This document shows positions 49,317-59,012 of a stretch of DNA of 64,000 nt, in pieces. Position 1 is the stretch's first letter; each line of letters starts with the position of its first letter. The translations under genes and the position numbers were made by a program. Source of the DNA: an uncultured candidate division Zixibacteria bacterium (GTDB taxonomy: Bacteria > Zixibacteria > MSB-5A5 > GN15 > FEB-12); contig CAWDXE010000001.1 of NCBI GenBank assembly GCA_963806185.1, forward strand, positions 1 through 64,000, read 5' to 3'. Under the pieces are notes generated by a model, which searched no databases, was not told the origin of the DNA, and saw only the letters and a program-made list of their open reading frames with translations.

Positions 49317-52097
49317 TTACTCGGTCGGCTGAATGGCACAGCCCGGTTTGAGCGGCGTGTAACTCACGAAGAGGTGGTCGATAAGAATCGTGAGGTCGAG
49401 TATATCAACTGAGCAGTCGTCGTTGAGATCACCAATATTCATCGGATTGAGTGGTTGCATTTCGATAAATAGATAGCTCACCATCCGCGTCAGGTCGGAG
49501 ATGTCAGTGCTGAAATCATTGGTCAGGTCGCCCAAGGCGTAAATTCGGAATGATGCCGTGACCGAGAGCGCCGATCTGCCGGTCTTGTCCATGGCCCGGG
49601 TGCGCCACCAGTACTGGTCTCCGTACACCAGATCCTCGGGAAGCGCAAAAGTGGTTTGACTGACCCACTCCTCATACTTGACCACAAAACCTGTATCGCT
49701 GGCTATCTGAATCAGGTACCTGACAGTATCGAGCGGATCGGGATCGACTGACCGATTCCACACGCAGGTAGGCCGCACCGTGTAGAGAGGCACGGCCGGG
49801 TTTCGAGGTGACAGCGGCGCCCCCGTCGGGGGCACCTCCTCCCTGCAATTAATGTAGTACTTCCGCACTTCTGTCCAATCCGAATACTCCCATCGATCAG
49901 TGGATCGCAAGCGAATGAAGAACGCCTTGTTTTCCCATCGCAGTGCAGGCTTCCACGTAGTCTCCCACAGGTCGTAGACATAGCGGGCGAGTTGTGTCAA
50001 CGCGGAATCCGCATATACTTCTACGTCGAAGCGCACCCCGTCTCCATCCGGATCCGGTTGGAGCGACCAATACAACTGGTATTGTGAGTCGGCCACAATC
50101 GCCCCCGGCGGCGGCCATTCCAACGTCGGCAAGGGCGGTGCGCTGTTCACGCGAATCATAGCATAATACCACGGCGACCAGATTGCGCCATCGGAGACCC
50201 GAATGCGCACGCCATACGTCTGTCCGCGCTGCAACGCCGGGCCGTCGTACATCATCGCTGTGTCGGTGCTCGGAGCCGACGTGCGCTGCCATAGCGGCGA
50301 AGTTGGGCACGGGCCTTCGTGCAGTTCGATTTCGAACCCGGTCTGCCGCGCACGATCCTCAGCACGTACATAGCTCCAATCGATCGTCAGGTCTCCCGGG
50401 ATCACATGTGAGTTTCCAGAGATTCCGTTGAAAAGCAGGTCGGCCAGGAATATTCCCTCAGCCGAATACGGAACCGCTCCCATGTCGCTGCGTGAACCGT
50501 CCGGGTCGTAGAAATCGCTGGACGGGTCACCCGAATCCAGACAGGGCGAAGCGCTGTCAAGGATGAAACTGCCGAGATGCCGGCTCGGCAGCAGCGGATC
50601 GAGCGCGAGACTCCCGGGGCCGATCGGCGCGTCCGGGTATCGGTCCTGACCGTTTTGCCAGAAACAATTGTACGTCTCTTCACTGCCCGTGTAGTTTGAA
50701 ATGGCCACGGTGCAATACTGGAAGATGTTGTTCTTGATCACTGAGGCGGCGTTGGCAATGTAAAGGGCGTTAGTGGTCACGCTGTCCACAGTATTATTGA
50801 CAAACGTAAGCTCCGTGTAAATGTCGGCGAATATGAGGTTGCCGGTTGTCTGTAAATTGCTGAAGGTGCAACGGCTGATCTGGCATCGGCTTGCTCCAGT
50901 CAGTGAAATCAGATTAGCCTTGATTTTCAGTCTTTCGAAAGACATGCCCATCAACTCCAGCGACGCACTAGGCGCATATATTTGGCCCACGTCGCTCGAC
51001 CCGCGCATAGTCATTCCGCTCAACGACAGCCGAGCACCTGCCTGCAACCGAAAGAGATATCCCGAAGTAGCGGCCTTCGGCATGAGAATCGTCTCGTTGG
51101 GACCCTCGGCCGATCTGATCACCACTCGATCGGTTATCGAGGTTTCAGCAATCTCGTAGCAGCCCGGCATCACCACAATTGTATCACTGTTGCCGCACGT
51201 GGCAATGGCCTCCGCCAGCGTGGCAAATGTGCCCGGGACATATATTAAGGTCGAGAAGTCGACGTGAAACATGAACTTGGTCCAGCCGCCCCATACGGTG
51301 CCGTTGAAAACGCGAATCCGGAGGACATACGTGGTGTTATCCTGAAGTGGGGAACCACCATAGACCATTGACGTATCGCCGGTGATGATCTGACCCGACT
51401 GCCATTGCTCGGCGACGACCCAGTCTGTGTCATTGCCAACCTCAATTTCGACGCCCTGCTGCACCCCGGGCAAGGTATCGAGAAAATGCCAGTTGAACTG
51501 CGGTACGGAGCCACTCGCTCCGGCTGACTCCGGATCTCCACAATTAATATTCCGTGCCACCGGATACTCGGTGCGATCAAACTCGGCGATAAAGCCGTTC
51601 AGAGCAGTAGTTCGGCGTACGTCATTCCACCGTCCACCAAAACCAAAATACATCGCGGCAAAATCCTCGTTGTCGGCATTGTTGGGTTCCCCCGAAATCC
51701 AATTGGTAAATACCCAGGGCTCACCGGATATCCATTCCCACTTCCCTTCAACCAGCGAGTCGGTTCCGCCGATGAAGTACGACTCCAGGTAGCTGTTTCT
51801 GAAGGCAGCGTAAACGAACGCCTGCTCTTCGGCCGACGTGATAGAAGCCAGTTGGCCCCCCATCTTGAACGCCGAGTCGGCGGCAAACGGCCACGTGCAG
51901 GACTTCGCCACGATTTGGTATTGTTTGCCCGTGGCCGGATCCGTTACGGCCTGGGCCGACACTTCGACAACTCCCGCCAGGACTAGCGCTATCGCCAGGC
52001 CGACGGTCAGCTGAAGGGACAGCGACAATAACCTTCTCATCGCCGAGACCGAACGCTTCGAGGAATGCTGCTGAATCTTCCCGCACGAGTTGTTCAT
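49317..52097 (-). CDS. Secreted C-type lectin + Fn3-like + beta-helix + dockerin protein
   Basis: CTLD: LASITSAEEQ..FIGGTD..W..GEP..NW..GEPNN..WNDV; SPCLDSGDP..DMGA; terminal dockerin GDLTNDFSTDISDL..GDLNDDCSVDILDL. Confidence 0.85.
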   Translation of the reverse strand: MNNSCGKIQQHSSKRSVSAMRRLLSLSLQLTVGLAIALVLAGVVEVSAQAVTDPATGKQYQIVAKSCTWPFAADSAFKMGGQLASITSAEEQAFVYAAFRNSYLESYFIGGTDSLVEGKWEWISGEPWVFTNWISGEPNNADNEDFAAMYFGFGGRWNDVRRTTALNGFIAEFDRTEYPVARNINCGDPESAGASGSVPQFNWHFLDTLPGVQQGVEIEVGNDTDWVVAEQWQSGQIITGDTSMVYGGSPLQDNTTYVLRIRVFNGTVWGGWTKFMFHVDFSTLIYVPGTFATLAEAIATCGNSDTIVVMPGCYEIAETSITDRVVIRSAEGPNETILMPKAATSGYLFRLQAGARLSLSGMTMRGSSDVGQIYAPSASLELMGMSFERLKIKANLISLTGASRCQISRCTFSNLQTTGNLIFADIYTELTFVNNTVDSVTTNALYIANAASVIKNNIFQYCTVAISNYTGSEETYNCFWQNGQDRYPDAPIGPGSLALDPLLPSRHLGSFILDSASPCLDSGDPSSDFYDPDGSRSDMGAVPYSAEGIFLADLLFNGISGNSHVIPGDLTIDWSYVRAEDRARQTGFEIELHEGPCPTSPLWQRTSAPSTDTAMMYDGPALQRGQTYGVRIRVSDGAIWSPWYYAMIRVNSAPPLPTLEWPPPGAIVADSQYQLYWSLQPDPDGDGVRFDVEVYADSALTQLARYVYDLWETTWKPALRWENKAFFIRLRSTDRWEYSDWTEVRKYYINCREEVPPTGAPLSPRNPAVPLYTVRPTCVWNRSVDPDPLDTVRYLIQIASDTGFVVKYEEWVSQTTFALPEDLVYGDQYWWRTRAMDKTGRSALSVTASFRIYALGDLTNDFSTDISDLTRMVSYLFIEMQPLNPMNIGDLNDDCSVDILDLTILIDHLFVSYTPLKPGCAIQPTE

Positions 52098-54844
52098 GGC
52101 TGTACTCCGGAATCTTCCTCCACGGAATCACCGCAGGCCATGTCCAGCGGCTGCATAGACATGAACAGGTAATCGATCAGCCGGGTCAGATCGACGATAT
52201 CCACCTGGCAGTCGCCGTTTACATCGCCGATGAGCGGCTCGTCAAAAGGCGCGGGAGAAATAAAGAGTCTCGAAATGAATTCCGACAAATCCCCGATATC
52301 GATATTGGCATTGCCGTCGATATCCCCCGGCACATACGTACGGAAACTGGTTGGCGCCGACACGACCTGCATCCCCTCCGGGTCCGTTGCGAAGACCCGC
52401 CAGTAATAGGTCTTGTTAGGGGCCAACTTCTGCTTGAACCCTACCGTTGTATCCATCATCAACACACTGTCAGTGTGGAGGAGAAAGCTCGGGACAGTAG
52501 AAAATTGCCACTGATACGTGATCACCTGGAAGGGATCGGGATCAACGGCCGGGTGCCAGGAGAACTGCGGATGTAAGTTCACGACCGGATGGTCACTCTC
52601 CACTGGATGGGCCAGGAACGGGGGAAGCGGCGCCTCGTGGACTCGGTCGATCCCGAAATACCGGGGACTTGACCAATCTGAAAACATGTACCCGTCCCAC
52701 GAGCGTACCTGCCAGGCGGCAATGCTGTTCTCCGCCATGTTGAGCGGGATGGCACACGACGGGAGGACTCCGGGAGTAAACGGCCCGACGGTAAGCACCA
52801 GGTACTCATCGGTCATGGCCATGTCTTTGTAGAACCGGAATTGATACTTGACGGTGTCACCGTCGGCGTCCGACGACGACCTGGTTTGAAAAGTGGTCGA
52901 GAAGGCGCTGAATACCGACTGGTCGGGCGGCGAATTGAGGACCGGGATCGACGGTGCGCGATCGATGCGAAACGCGGTGAAGTGCCACTGCGACCAGCCG
53001 CTTCCGGCCGAGGCACGCATGCGCAAGTAATAGACTCTGCCCCTTTGCAGTTCGCTCCCATAGTAGACCAAGGTAGTGGCGGTCTGAGAGATTTCTCCGC
53101 TGTCCCACGTATCCACAAGTAGCCAGTCGTTGCCGGTGTTCACCTGAAACTGCAGCTTCACTTGGCGCCCGCGATCGCGCGGATCAGCATAATTCCAGTT
53201 GAATGCAGGCTGCAGATTGAACGCGTGAAGGTTACCGGGGCTGCCGTCGACGAAGATATTGACCACATTCATCGGCACGGAAAAATACGGCAGGAAGCCC
53301 ATGTCGTTGGGCGACCCATCCGGATCATTGTAGGCGGGATCGGGATTGCCGGAATTTATGCACGGCGATCCGGTCAGCAGATGGTAGGCCTGCAAATCGT
53401 TGCTTGCCACCCGCGGGTCGATATTCTTGCTGGTGCTGCTGAGCGCATGGACCGAGCCGCCGGACCCAACATCATGCGAGTTGTTCCAAAAGCAATTGTA
53501 CATTTCGCTGACATTACCGGACGTCCCGCTGATCGCCCACCCCGCACACTCAGCAAAGATATTGTTCTCAAAGTGGCTGTCAGCGTGAAAGCCGTTCAAC
53601 ATGGAACTGGTGATGTGATAGACGGTATTGTTCGAGAAGTGCACAACACATCCCGCGGCGGCAATCGCACCGCCGGGGGCGGTCACATTGGAAAACAACG
53701 AGCGTGTGATGGAAATCGTTGATCCTGCTCCCCCGGTAATGCACGACGCGCTGAAAGTACAATCGCGAATTCGCATATTCCTGAACGTCACCGATGACTT
53801 GGTAACAATGAATGCCGACGATGCCTTCTGCTCAATCAGTGTGAAGCCATCGACGACCGCATCGACGGCATTGAAGAACTGCATCACATAGCCGGTCGCG
53901 TCGGACATGATCAGGAAGGTCGAGTCCGGCCCACCGTGTGCGACTATGATTGCCCCCGTCGCCACCGGGGCTCGATCGAGCACGTAGGTTCCGGGAGACA
54001 CCAGGATCGAGTCCCCACCGGCTGCCGCATACAGTGCCTCGTGGAGTGCAAACGGCTCGGGAACCGTGTACGTTTTGGGAAGGTGAACCCGGAAAGCCGA
54101 TTCCCGCATTCCTCCCCAGTGATCGCCGTCATGAAGTCGAATCTGTATTTGATACTCTGTCTCATCGACTAACGGCGGCCCCAGGTACGCAAGCGTCGTG
54201 TCCGAAGTGTAGACTTCACCGCTGGCCCATCGCGGCGACCAGGTTGAGTCTGAAAATTCCAGGATGGTGACTTCTACCCGTTGCTGGAGGGCGGCCGACG
54301 AGTTGCGGTAGCCCCAGTAGATCGTCGGCGACAGCGTCCGGCAAATACCTTTCTCGACGCCAAAATTGATGTCGACCGGAATGGGCTGAGTGGTGGTGTC
54401 AATCTCAATGATATACCCATGCCGTTTATCCAGGGCGACATCGTTCCATCGGTAGCCGAGCTCTGAGGAGAGGACGGCGACGTTTTCGCGACTCCCGCCG
54501 TTATTCGGTTCACCCGAGAACCAGTTGCTGTAGGCCCACGGCTCACCAGTCACCCATTGCCAGACCCCTTCGTGACCTTCATCGGTCGCCCCGATGAACA
54601 AGACACCCCCAGCCGACGCGGCGTGCGAGGCGATGAAATCCTGCTCGTGTTGAGAGGTGATGGTCGCCAGCGTACCTCCGCGCGATTCGGCGTCCGCCTC
54701 AGCCTCCGGCCAAGTTGTGGCGGCGGTAACAATGATGTACATGTGGCCGGTTGAAGAATCCACGACCTGCGAATGTGACGAATGGCACAAGAGGAGAGAT
54801 GCGAAGAACGCTAGCCCGGTGAACAGGCAAGTGCGGTGCTGCAT
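52094..54844 (-). CDS. Tandem paralog: C-type lectin + Fn3-like + beta-helix + dockerin protein
   Basis: LATITSQHEQ..FIGATD..GEPNN..WNDV; SPCINSGNP..DMG; GDIDGNANIDIGDL..GDVNGDCQVDIVDL. Confidence 0.85.
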   Translation of the reverse strand: MQHRTCLFTGLAFFASLLLCHSSHSQVVDSSTGHMYIIVTAATTWPEAEADAESRGGTLATITSQHEQDFIASHAASAGGVLFIGATDEGHEGVWQWVTGEPWAYSNWFSGEPNNGGSRENVAVLSSELGYRWNDVALDKRHGYIIEIDTTTQPIPVDINFGVEKGICRTLSPTIYWGYRNSSAALQQRVEVTILEFSDSTWSPRWASGEVYTSDTTLAYLGPPLVDETEYQIQIRLHDGDHWGGMRESAFRVHLPKTYTVPEPFALHEALYAAAGGDSILVSPGTYVLDRAPVATGAIIVAHGGPDSTFLIMSDATGYVMQFFNAVDAVVDGFTLIEQKASSAFIVTKSSVTFRNMRIRDCTFSASCITGGAGSTISITRSLFSNVTAPGGAIAAAGCVVHFSNNTVYHITSSMLNGFHADSHFENNIFAECAGWAISGTSGNVSEMYNCFWNNSHDVGSGGSVHALSSTSKNIDPRVASNDLQAYHLLTGSPCINSGNPDPAYNDPDGSPNDMGFLPYFSVPMNVVNIFVDGSPGNLHAFNLQPAFNWNYADPRDRGRQVKLQFQVNTGNDWLLVDTWDSGEISQTATTLVYYGSELQRGRVYYLRMRASAGSGWSQWHFTAFRIDRAPSIPVLNSPPDQSVFSAFSTTFQTRSSSDADGDTVKYQFRFYKDMAMTDEYLVLTVGPFTPGVLPSCAIPLNMAENSIAAWQVRSWDGYMFSDWSSPRYFGIDRVHEAPLPPFLAHPVESDHPVVNLHPQFSWHPAVDPDPFQVITYQWQFSTVPSFLLHTDSVLMMDTTVGFKQKLAPNKTYYWRVFATDPEGMQVVSAPTSFRTYVPGDIDGNANIDIGDLSEFISRLFISPAPFDEPLIGDVNGDCQVDIVDLTRLIDYLFMSMQPLDMACGDSVEEDSGVQP

Positions 54845-54887
54845 TCCGGTGTGGCCCTTCCAAGTGGTGTGACGTAGTAATTGCCGG

Positions 54888-54916
54888 AATGTACACCGAA
54901 ATGTCGACTATGTCAA
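54888..54916 (-). promoter_or_regulatory. sigma70-type promoter for the lectin gene pair
   Basis: Minus strand TTGACA-17 nt-TACATT. Confidence 0.55.
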
Positions 54917-54998
54917 TAGGAGTTACCGGGTTAACTGCGACAAAATACCCGGGGGTTGATGCTCTACGCGTTAGTAGGGCATGGCGGAATAAAGAAAA

Positions 54999-55072
54999 TA
55001 GCGGTGCAGGGACTCGAACCCCGGACACGTGGATTATGATTCCACTGCTCTAACCAACTGAGCTACACCGCC
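54999..55072 (-). tRNA. tRNA-Met(CAT), elongator type; CCA not encoded
   Basis: GGCGGTGTAGCTCAGTTGGTTAGAGCAGTGGAATCATAATCCACGTGTCCGGGGTTCGAGTCCCTGCACCGCTA folds as a cloverleaf. It lacks the initiator GGG-CCC anticodon stem and the Ile2 C4/C5. Confidence 0.93.
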
Positions 55073-55244
55073 ATTACCATTCAATTGAACCGACAAAATA
55101 CACCCTTTGCTCCCGTCGTCAAGCGACAATCTGCGGCTTTTCCGCCGGGCCGGAGCCAGCCTCGACCCCGAGTTCCCTCAAAGGATCAGTGAGTCTGCCG
55201 ATAATATGACCTATGAGCACACATTCCGCGTCCGGAGAATCCCC

Positions 55245-55997
55245 ATGGCCAAGATTCTGGTGGTCGACGACGACCCGGCAATCCTTGGGTTGATCCAACA
55301 GATTCTCGAAAAGCACGATTACGACATTGTGTCCGCGGCCTCGGTCCGCGTTGCACTGAAGATGCTGGACAACGATCCAGCCATCGATCTCGTACTCAGC
55401 GACGTGCATATGCCGAAAGCCTCCGCCTTCGACCTTCTCCGGGCAGTCGCGCAGACCCCTCGCCTGCACTCACTTCCGATTATCCTGCTGTCCGCCAAGG
55501 GAGACGAACCGACACTTCGCGAGGGCCTGAAAGCGGGCGCCAAGGATTTTATCGTCAAGCCATTTACCGCCGACACGCTCACTTCAAAAATCGAACGCAT
55601 CCTGCGCCAGGGTAAACCGTGCGTGCTCCTGATCGAGGATGAGAAGCTGATCCGGGATAAGCTCCGACACACCATTGAACGGCAGGGGTTCACTGTCCTC
55701 ACCGAAAAAAGCGCCGAGGACGGCCTGGCTCGCCTCAACAGCGACCGGGTGGAAATCGTCATTGCTGACATCGGTCTGCCGGGCATGAACGGCATGGAAT
55801 TGACCCGGCTGGTCAAGGAGAGGTATCCGGGCATCGCTGTCGTCATCATTACCGGCCTGTCGGCCAGCCAGACCAAGGGGACCACGATACGGTGCGGGGC
55901 GGATGCTTACCTGAGCAAACCGTTCCGGAACACGGAGATTATTCTCAAGCTGAGAGGCGTGCTGCAGAATCAGGCAGCTGGGACGACCAATCAATAA
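55245..55997 (+). CDS. Response regulator with two receiver domains and no output domain
   Basis: ILVVDDD..SDVHMP..KPF followed by LLIEDE..ADIGLP..KPF. Confidence 0.9.
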   Translation: MAKILVVDDDPAILGLIQQILEKHDYDIVSAASVRVALKMLDNDPAIDLVLSDVHMPKASAFDLLRAVAQTPRLHSLPIILLSAKGDEPTLREGLKAGAKDFIVKPFTADTLTSKIERILRQGKPCVLLIEDEKLIRDKLRHTIERQGFTVLTEKSAEDGLARLNSDRVEIVIADIGLPGMNGMELTRLVKERYPGIAVVIITGLSASQTKGTTIRCGADAYLSKPFRNTEIILKLRGVLQNQAAGTTNQ

Positions 55998-56034
55998 AAG
56001 AACCGGCCAATCATCCTGATCGACCGGTTCTCGT

Positions 56035-56136
56035 AATTAAAAAGGAGTTCCCCCTCACTAGGAACTCCTTCATCCCCACCTCTTAAATACCCTTCACCGC
56101 CATACTGCGTAATATTTAAGAGTAACTAACTACGCG
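56035..56136 (-). ncRNA. Putative sigma54-dependent small RNA (about 100 nt)
   Basis: Upstream TTGGCAC-ACCGA-TTGT; internal 10-bp stem CTCTTAAATA/TATTTAAGAG; terminator AAGGAGTTCC-9 nt-GGAACTCCTT followed by T-run; no convincing ORF. Confidence 0.5.
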
Positions 56137-56381
56137 ACTTATATACACAATCGGTGTGCCAATTCTGGCACAATTTCCAAAATGCAAGGTAATCTATTGT
56201 TTAATATGCACTTGAAGGGCTGCCTGCAGTGTGCAGTTAACAAATAGAGATCATCGACGCATTATCTGCGCCAGTCTTTCCACACCAAGCGGGGTGATGG
56301 TGCAATGTTTACATTGCACATCAACAACTTACAAATCGCACGATCTGCGCCAGGCAATGCCGCTTTGCTGAGGAACTGACG

Positions 56382-57803
56382 CTAATGAGCAGCTTTTGCG
56401 CCAGTGGCTGGCCGTTTTGCGGCTAAATGCACGGAAAGCCCATGCACATCATGCGCCGCTTCCATAATCGATTCGGAAATCACCGGATGGCCAAAGATCA
56501 ACTTGCCGAGGTCAGTAGCGGTCATGCCTTGATTGATTGCCAGCGCGGCGACATGGATTGCCTCCGTCGCGTGAACACCGACCATATGAACACCCAGCAG
56601 TTTGTCAGTCTTCTTGTCCGCGATCACTTTGACTTCACCGGCAATCTCGTTTTCGGCGTGAGCTTTCCCCAGCACGCGGAGCGGGAATCTGCCGATCGCC
56701 AGTTCGTGCTCTTTGGCGGCATCCGGTTCGTTCATCCCCACTGAGGCGACCTCAGGATGCGTGAAGATGACCGATGGCACGCCGGAGTAATTCTTTTTCG
56801 CCTTAAGCCCGAGTGCGTTGTCGACGGCCACCGCGCCGTCATGAGTCGCCGTGTAGGCCAGCAGAATTTCGCCGCGGACGTCGCCAATCGCGAAGATGTT
56901 CTTCACGCTGGCGCGCATGTCGGCGCCCGTCTTGATCGAACCATTGGGATTCAGCTCGACGCCGACGTCTTCCAGTCCGAGGTCCTGTGTATTGTACGCC
57001 CTCCCGACCGAAACCAGCGCCTGATTGGCGTCGATCGTCTTGCCGTTCGACAATCTTGCCTGAATGCCGGCCGGTCCGCCGGTGATACCTTCTACTTTGG
57101 TTTTGGTATAGATCTGCACCTTGTGCTTCTTGAGTTCACGCTCGAGAATCTGCGACGAACCCGGGTCTTCCATCGGCAGCGGGCGATCCAGCATTTCGAC
57201 CATCTCGACCTTGACCTCAAGCATCGACAGCATCGCCGCCCATTCGCAGCCAATGACGCCGGCGCCGATTATGAGCATCGACTCCGGCAAGTGATCCAGC
57301 TCGAGCAGATGGTCGGAAGTCAGAATTCTCTTTCCGTCGATCGGAAAGGCGGGAATGTTGACGGCCCGCGACCCAGTGGCGATGATGATATTCTCCGCTT
57401 TAAGTCGGGTTTCATTGCCATTCTCGTCGGTGACCACTACCTGGTTTGGCCCGCTGATTCGTCCCCAGCCCTGGTAGTGCGCGACGCCATGGGACTTGAA
57501 AAGCTGGCCTATTCCGCCCACCAGCATCGACACAATCTTGTCCTTTCGCTGACGCATGGCGGTCCAATCGTACACCGGAGGCGTGGCCAGGCGTATACCG
57601 AACGCCTCGGCGTTCTTCATATTGTAGTATTGAGTGGCGGAGGCGATAAGCGCTTTGGACGGGATGCAGCCACGGTTGAGGCAGACGCCGCCCAGTTCCC
57701 GGTACTCGACTACCGCTACCTTGGCGCCTTTGAGGGCAGCGCGGATGCCGGCTGTATAGCCTCCCGGGCCACCTCCGATTATGACAATCTGATACTGTTC
57801 TAT
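56382..57803 (-). CDS. lpdA: Dihydrolipoamide dehydrogenase (E3), apparent ATA start
   Basis: IIGGGPGGY and GGVCLNRGCIPSK lie in frame upstream of the tracked ATG; GAGVIG; HPVISE. SD TAAGGAG sits 6 nt before ATA at 57803. Confidence 0.93.
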   Translation of the reverse strand: MEQYQIVIIGGGPGGYTAGIRAALKGAKVAVVEYRELGGVCLNRGCIPSKALIASATQYYNMKNAEAFGIRLATPPVYDWTAMRQRKDKIVSMLVGGIGQLFKSHGVAHYQGWGRISGPNQVVVTDENGNETRLKAENIIIATGSRAVNIPAFPIDGKRILTSDHLLELDHLPESMLIIGAGVIGCEWAAMLSMLEVKVEMVEMLDRPLPMEDPGSSQILERELKKHKVQIYTKTKVEGITGGPAGIQARLSNGKTIDANQALVSVGRAYNTQDLGLEDVGVELNPNGSIKTGADMRASVKNIFAIGDVRGEILLAYTATHDGAVAVDNALGLKAKKNYSGVPSVIFTHPEVASVGMNEPDAAKEHELAIGRFPLRVLGKAHAENEIAGEVKVIADKKTDKLLGVHMVGVHATEAIHVAALAINQGMTATDLGKLIFGHPVISESIMEAAHDVHGLSVHLAAKRPATGAKAAH

Positions 57804-57883
57804 GGCGAACTCCTTACTTGGTCGACGGCTTACACGGGCGGTAATTTAGCCGATTTTGGCATACCCGCAAGCCCACGACCTAA

Positions 57884-57915
57884 CAAAAAAACCGGCGCAG
57901 AGGCGCGCCGGTTTC
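57884..57915 (-). terminator. Rho-independent terminator
   Basis: Minus strand AAACCGGCGC-GCCTCT-GCGCCGGTTT followed by a T-run. Confidence 0.75.
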
Positions 57916-57937
57916 GGAAAATCTGTCATACCGAAGG

Positions 57938-58462
57938 TTATTCGGACGCCGAGAAGGTGACAATCACCTTGCCGGAATCGACCTTGAATGAGGTCCCTTC
58001 ATTGCCTGAGCTGGTCGCGTAGTAGTCGAATTTCCCCGTTTTGACGAGCGCTTTCAACGCGTCAAGATTCTTCAAGTACCCCAGCGATTGCGCGTAGGTG
58101 ATGTGAGTTGTCCCGGGCGCCACGTCAAGGTCTTCCAGAATGACCTTGGCTGACGATGGTACGGCGCTTGGATTGGCCGAGCCGCTGTAGCTATCGACGA
58201 AGACGTTGAAGGTGACGTTGCCGGACTCGGTAGAGGTAATGAAAAATTCCGCTCCGACAGCGTCAATCGCATCGATCTGGTCCTTGTGATCCTCCCAGTC
58301 CGACTGATTGGTCAGGTCGATTTCATAGTAGTAGAAGCCACTCTGCGCCGTGAACGAAAACGACTCCACTATGACGAAGGTCCCGGAGATGAGGCAGCCT
58401 GCTACCAGAATGCCGATGGCCGCCAATCCCCAAATGCCGAATGTACTATTAAGCTTACGCAT
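57938..58462 (-). CDS. Hypothetical lipoprotein
   Basis: Lipobox VAGC; AAAGGGG SD; beta-rich. Confidence 0.7.
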   Translation of the reverse strand: MRKLNSTFGIWGLAAIGILVAGCLISGTFVIVESFSFTAQSGFYYYEIDLTNQSDWEDHKDQIDAIDAVGAEFFITSTESGNVTFNVFVDSYSGSANPSAVPSSAKVILEDLDVAPGTTHITYAQSLGYLKNLDALKALVKTGKFDYYATSSGNEGTSFKVDSGKVIVTFSASE

Positions 58463-58472
58463 ATTGCCCCTT

Positions 58473-59012
58473 TCAGAAATTGAGGATCAGCCCGCCGGTC
58501 ACCGAGGCGGATTTCTTTGAACCGCCACCGTCGAGCGGGATGACGTGAAGTTTACCTCGAACACTCAGATCAAGTTTTGGCGAGAAGCCAAACAGGAAAC
58601 CGAGACCGCCGGAATAGCCGATTCGCGACTCGTCGTACTGGGTATCGTCGTTCTTCATCTTGTATGAAGCAATGCCTCCGACAAATATCGGCTTGAAGCC
58701 GGGAACCCCTGGCCCTCCGCCGAGGACGGCGTCGACGCCGTAGCTGGTGACCTTGGAACCGTCGATCCCCAAATCTATGCCTTCAACCGGATCCGGCTCG
58801 CCATACTTGGCGAACGCAACGTTCGGTTCCAGGGAGAGAAAGCCTAATTTGAAGCGGGCCATGAAGCCGAAAATCTTGCCGCTTCCCTGGTCATCCTGAA
58901 TAATCGGGATGGTGAGGCCGCCAAAGGCGCCAACGCCCATCTTCGGAGTCTGAGCCGCTGCGACCGTGGATATGAATATTCCACAGAGCAGCAATAGTAT
59001 TGTCCTTCTCAT
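58473..59012 (-). CDS. Small outer-membrane beta-barrel (OmpA-like TM domain)
   Basis: Signal peptide; Gly/aromatic strands; terminal Phe (GGLILNF); GGAGG SD. Confidence 0.78.
   Translation of the reverse strand: MRRTILLLLCGIFISTVAAAQTPKMGVGAFGGLTIPIIQDDQGSGKIFGFMARFKLGFLSLEPNVAFAKYGEPDPVEGIDLGIDGSKVTSYGVDAVLGGGPGVPGFKPIFVGGIASYKMKNDDTQYDESRIGYSGGLGFLFGFSPKLDLSVRGKLHVIPLDGGGSKKSASVTGGLILNF

Noticed and set aside
54999..55072. tRNA as genomic island attachment site
   Set aside because: No integrase and no duplicated tRNA 3' end seen.
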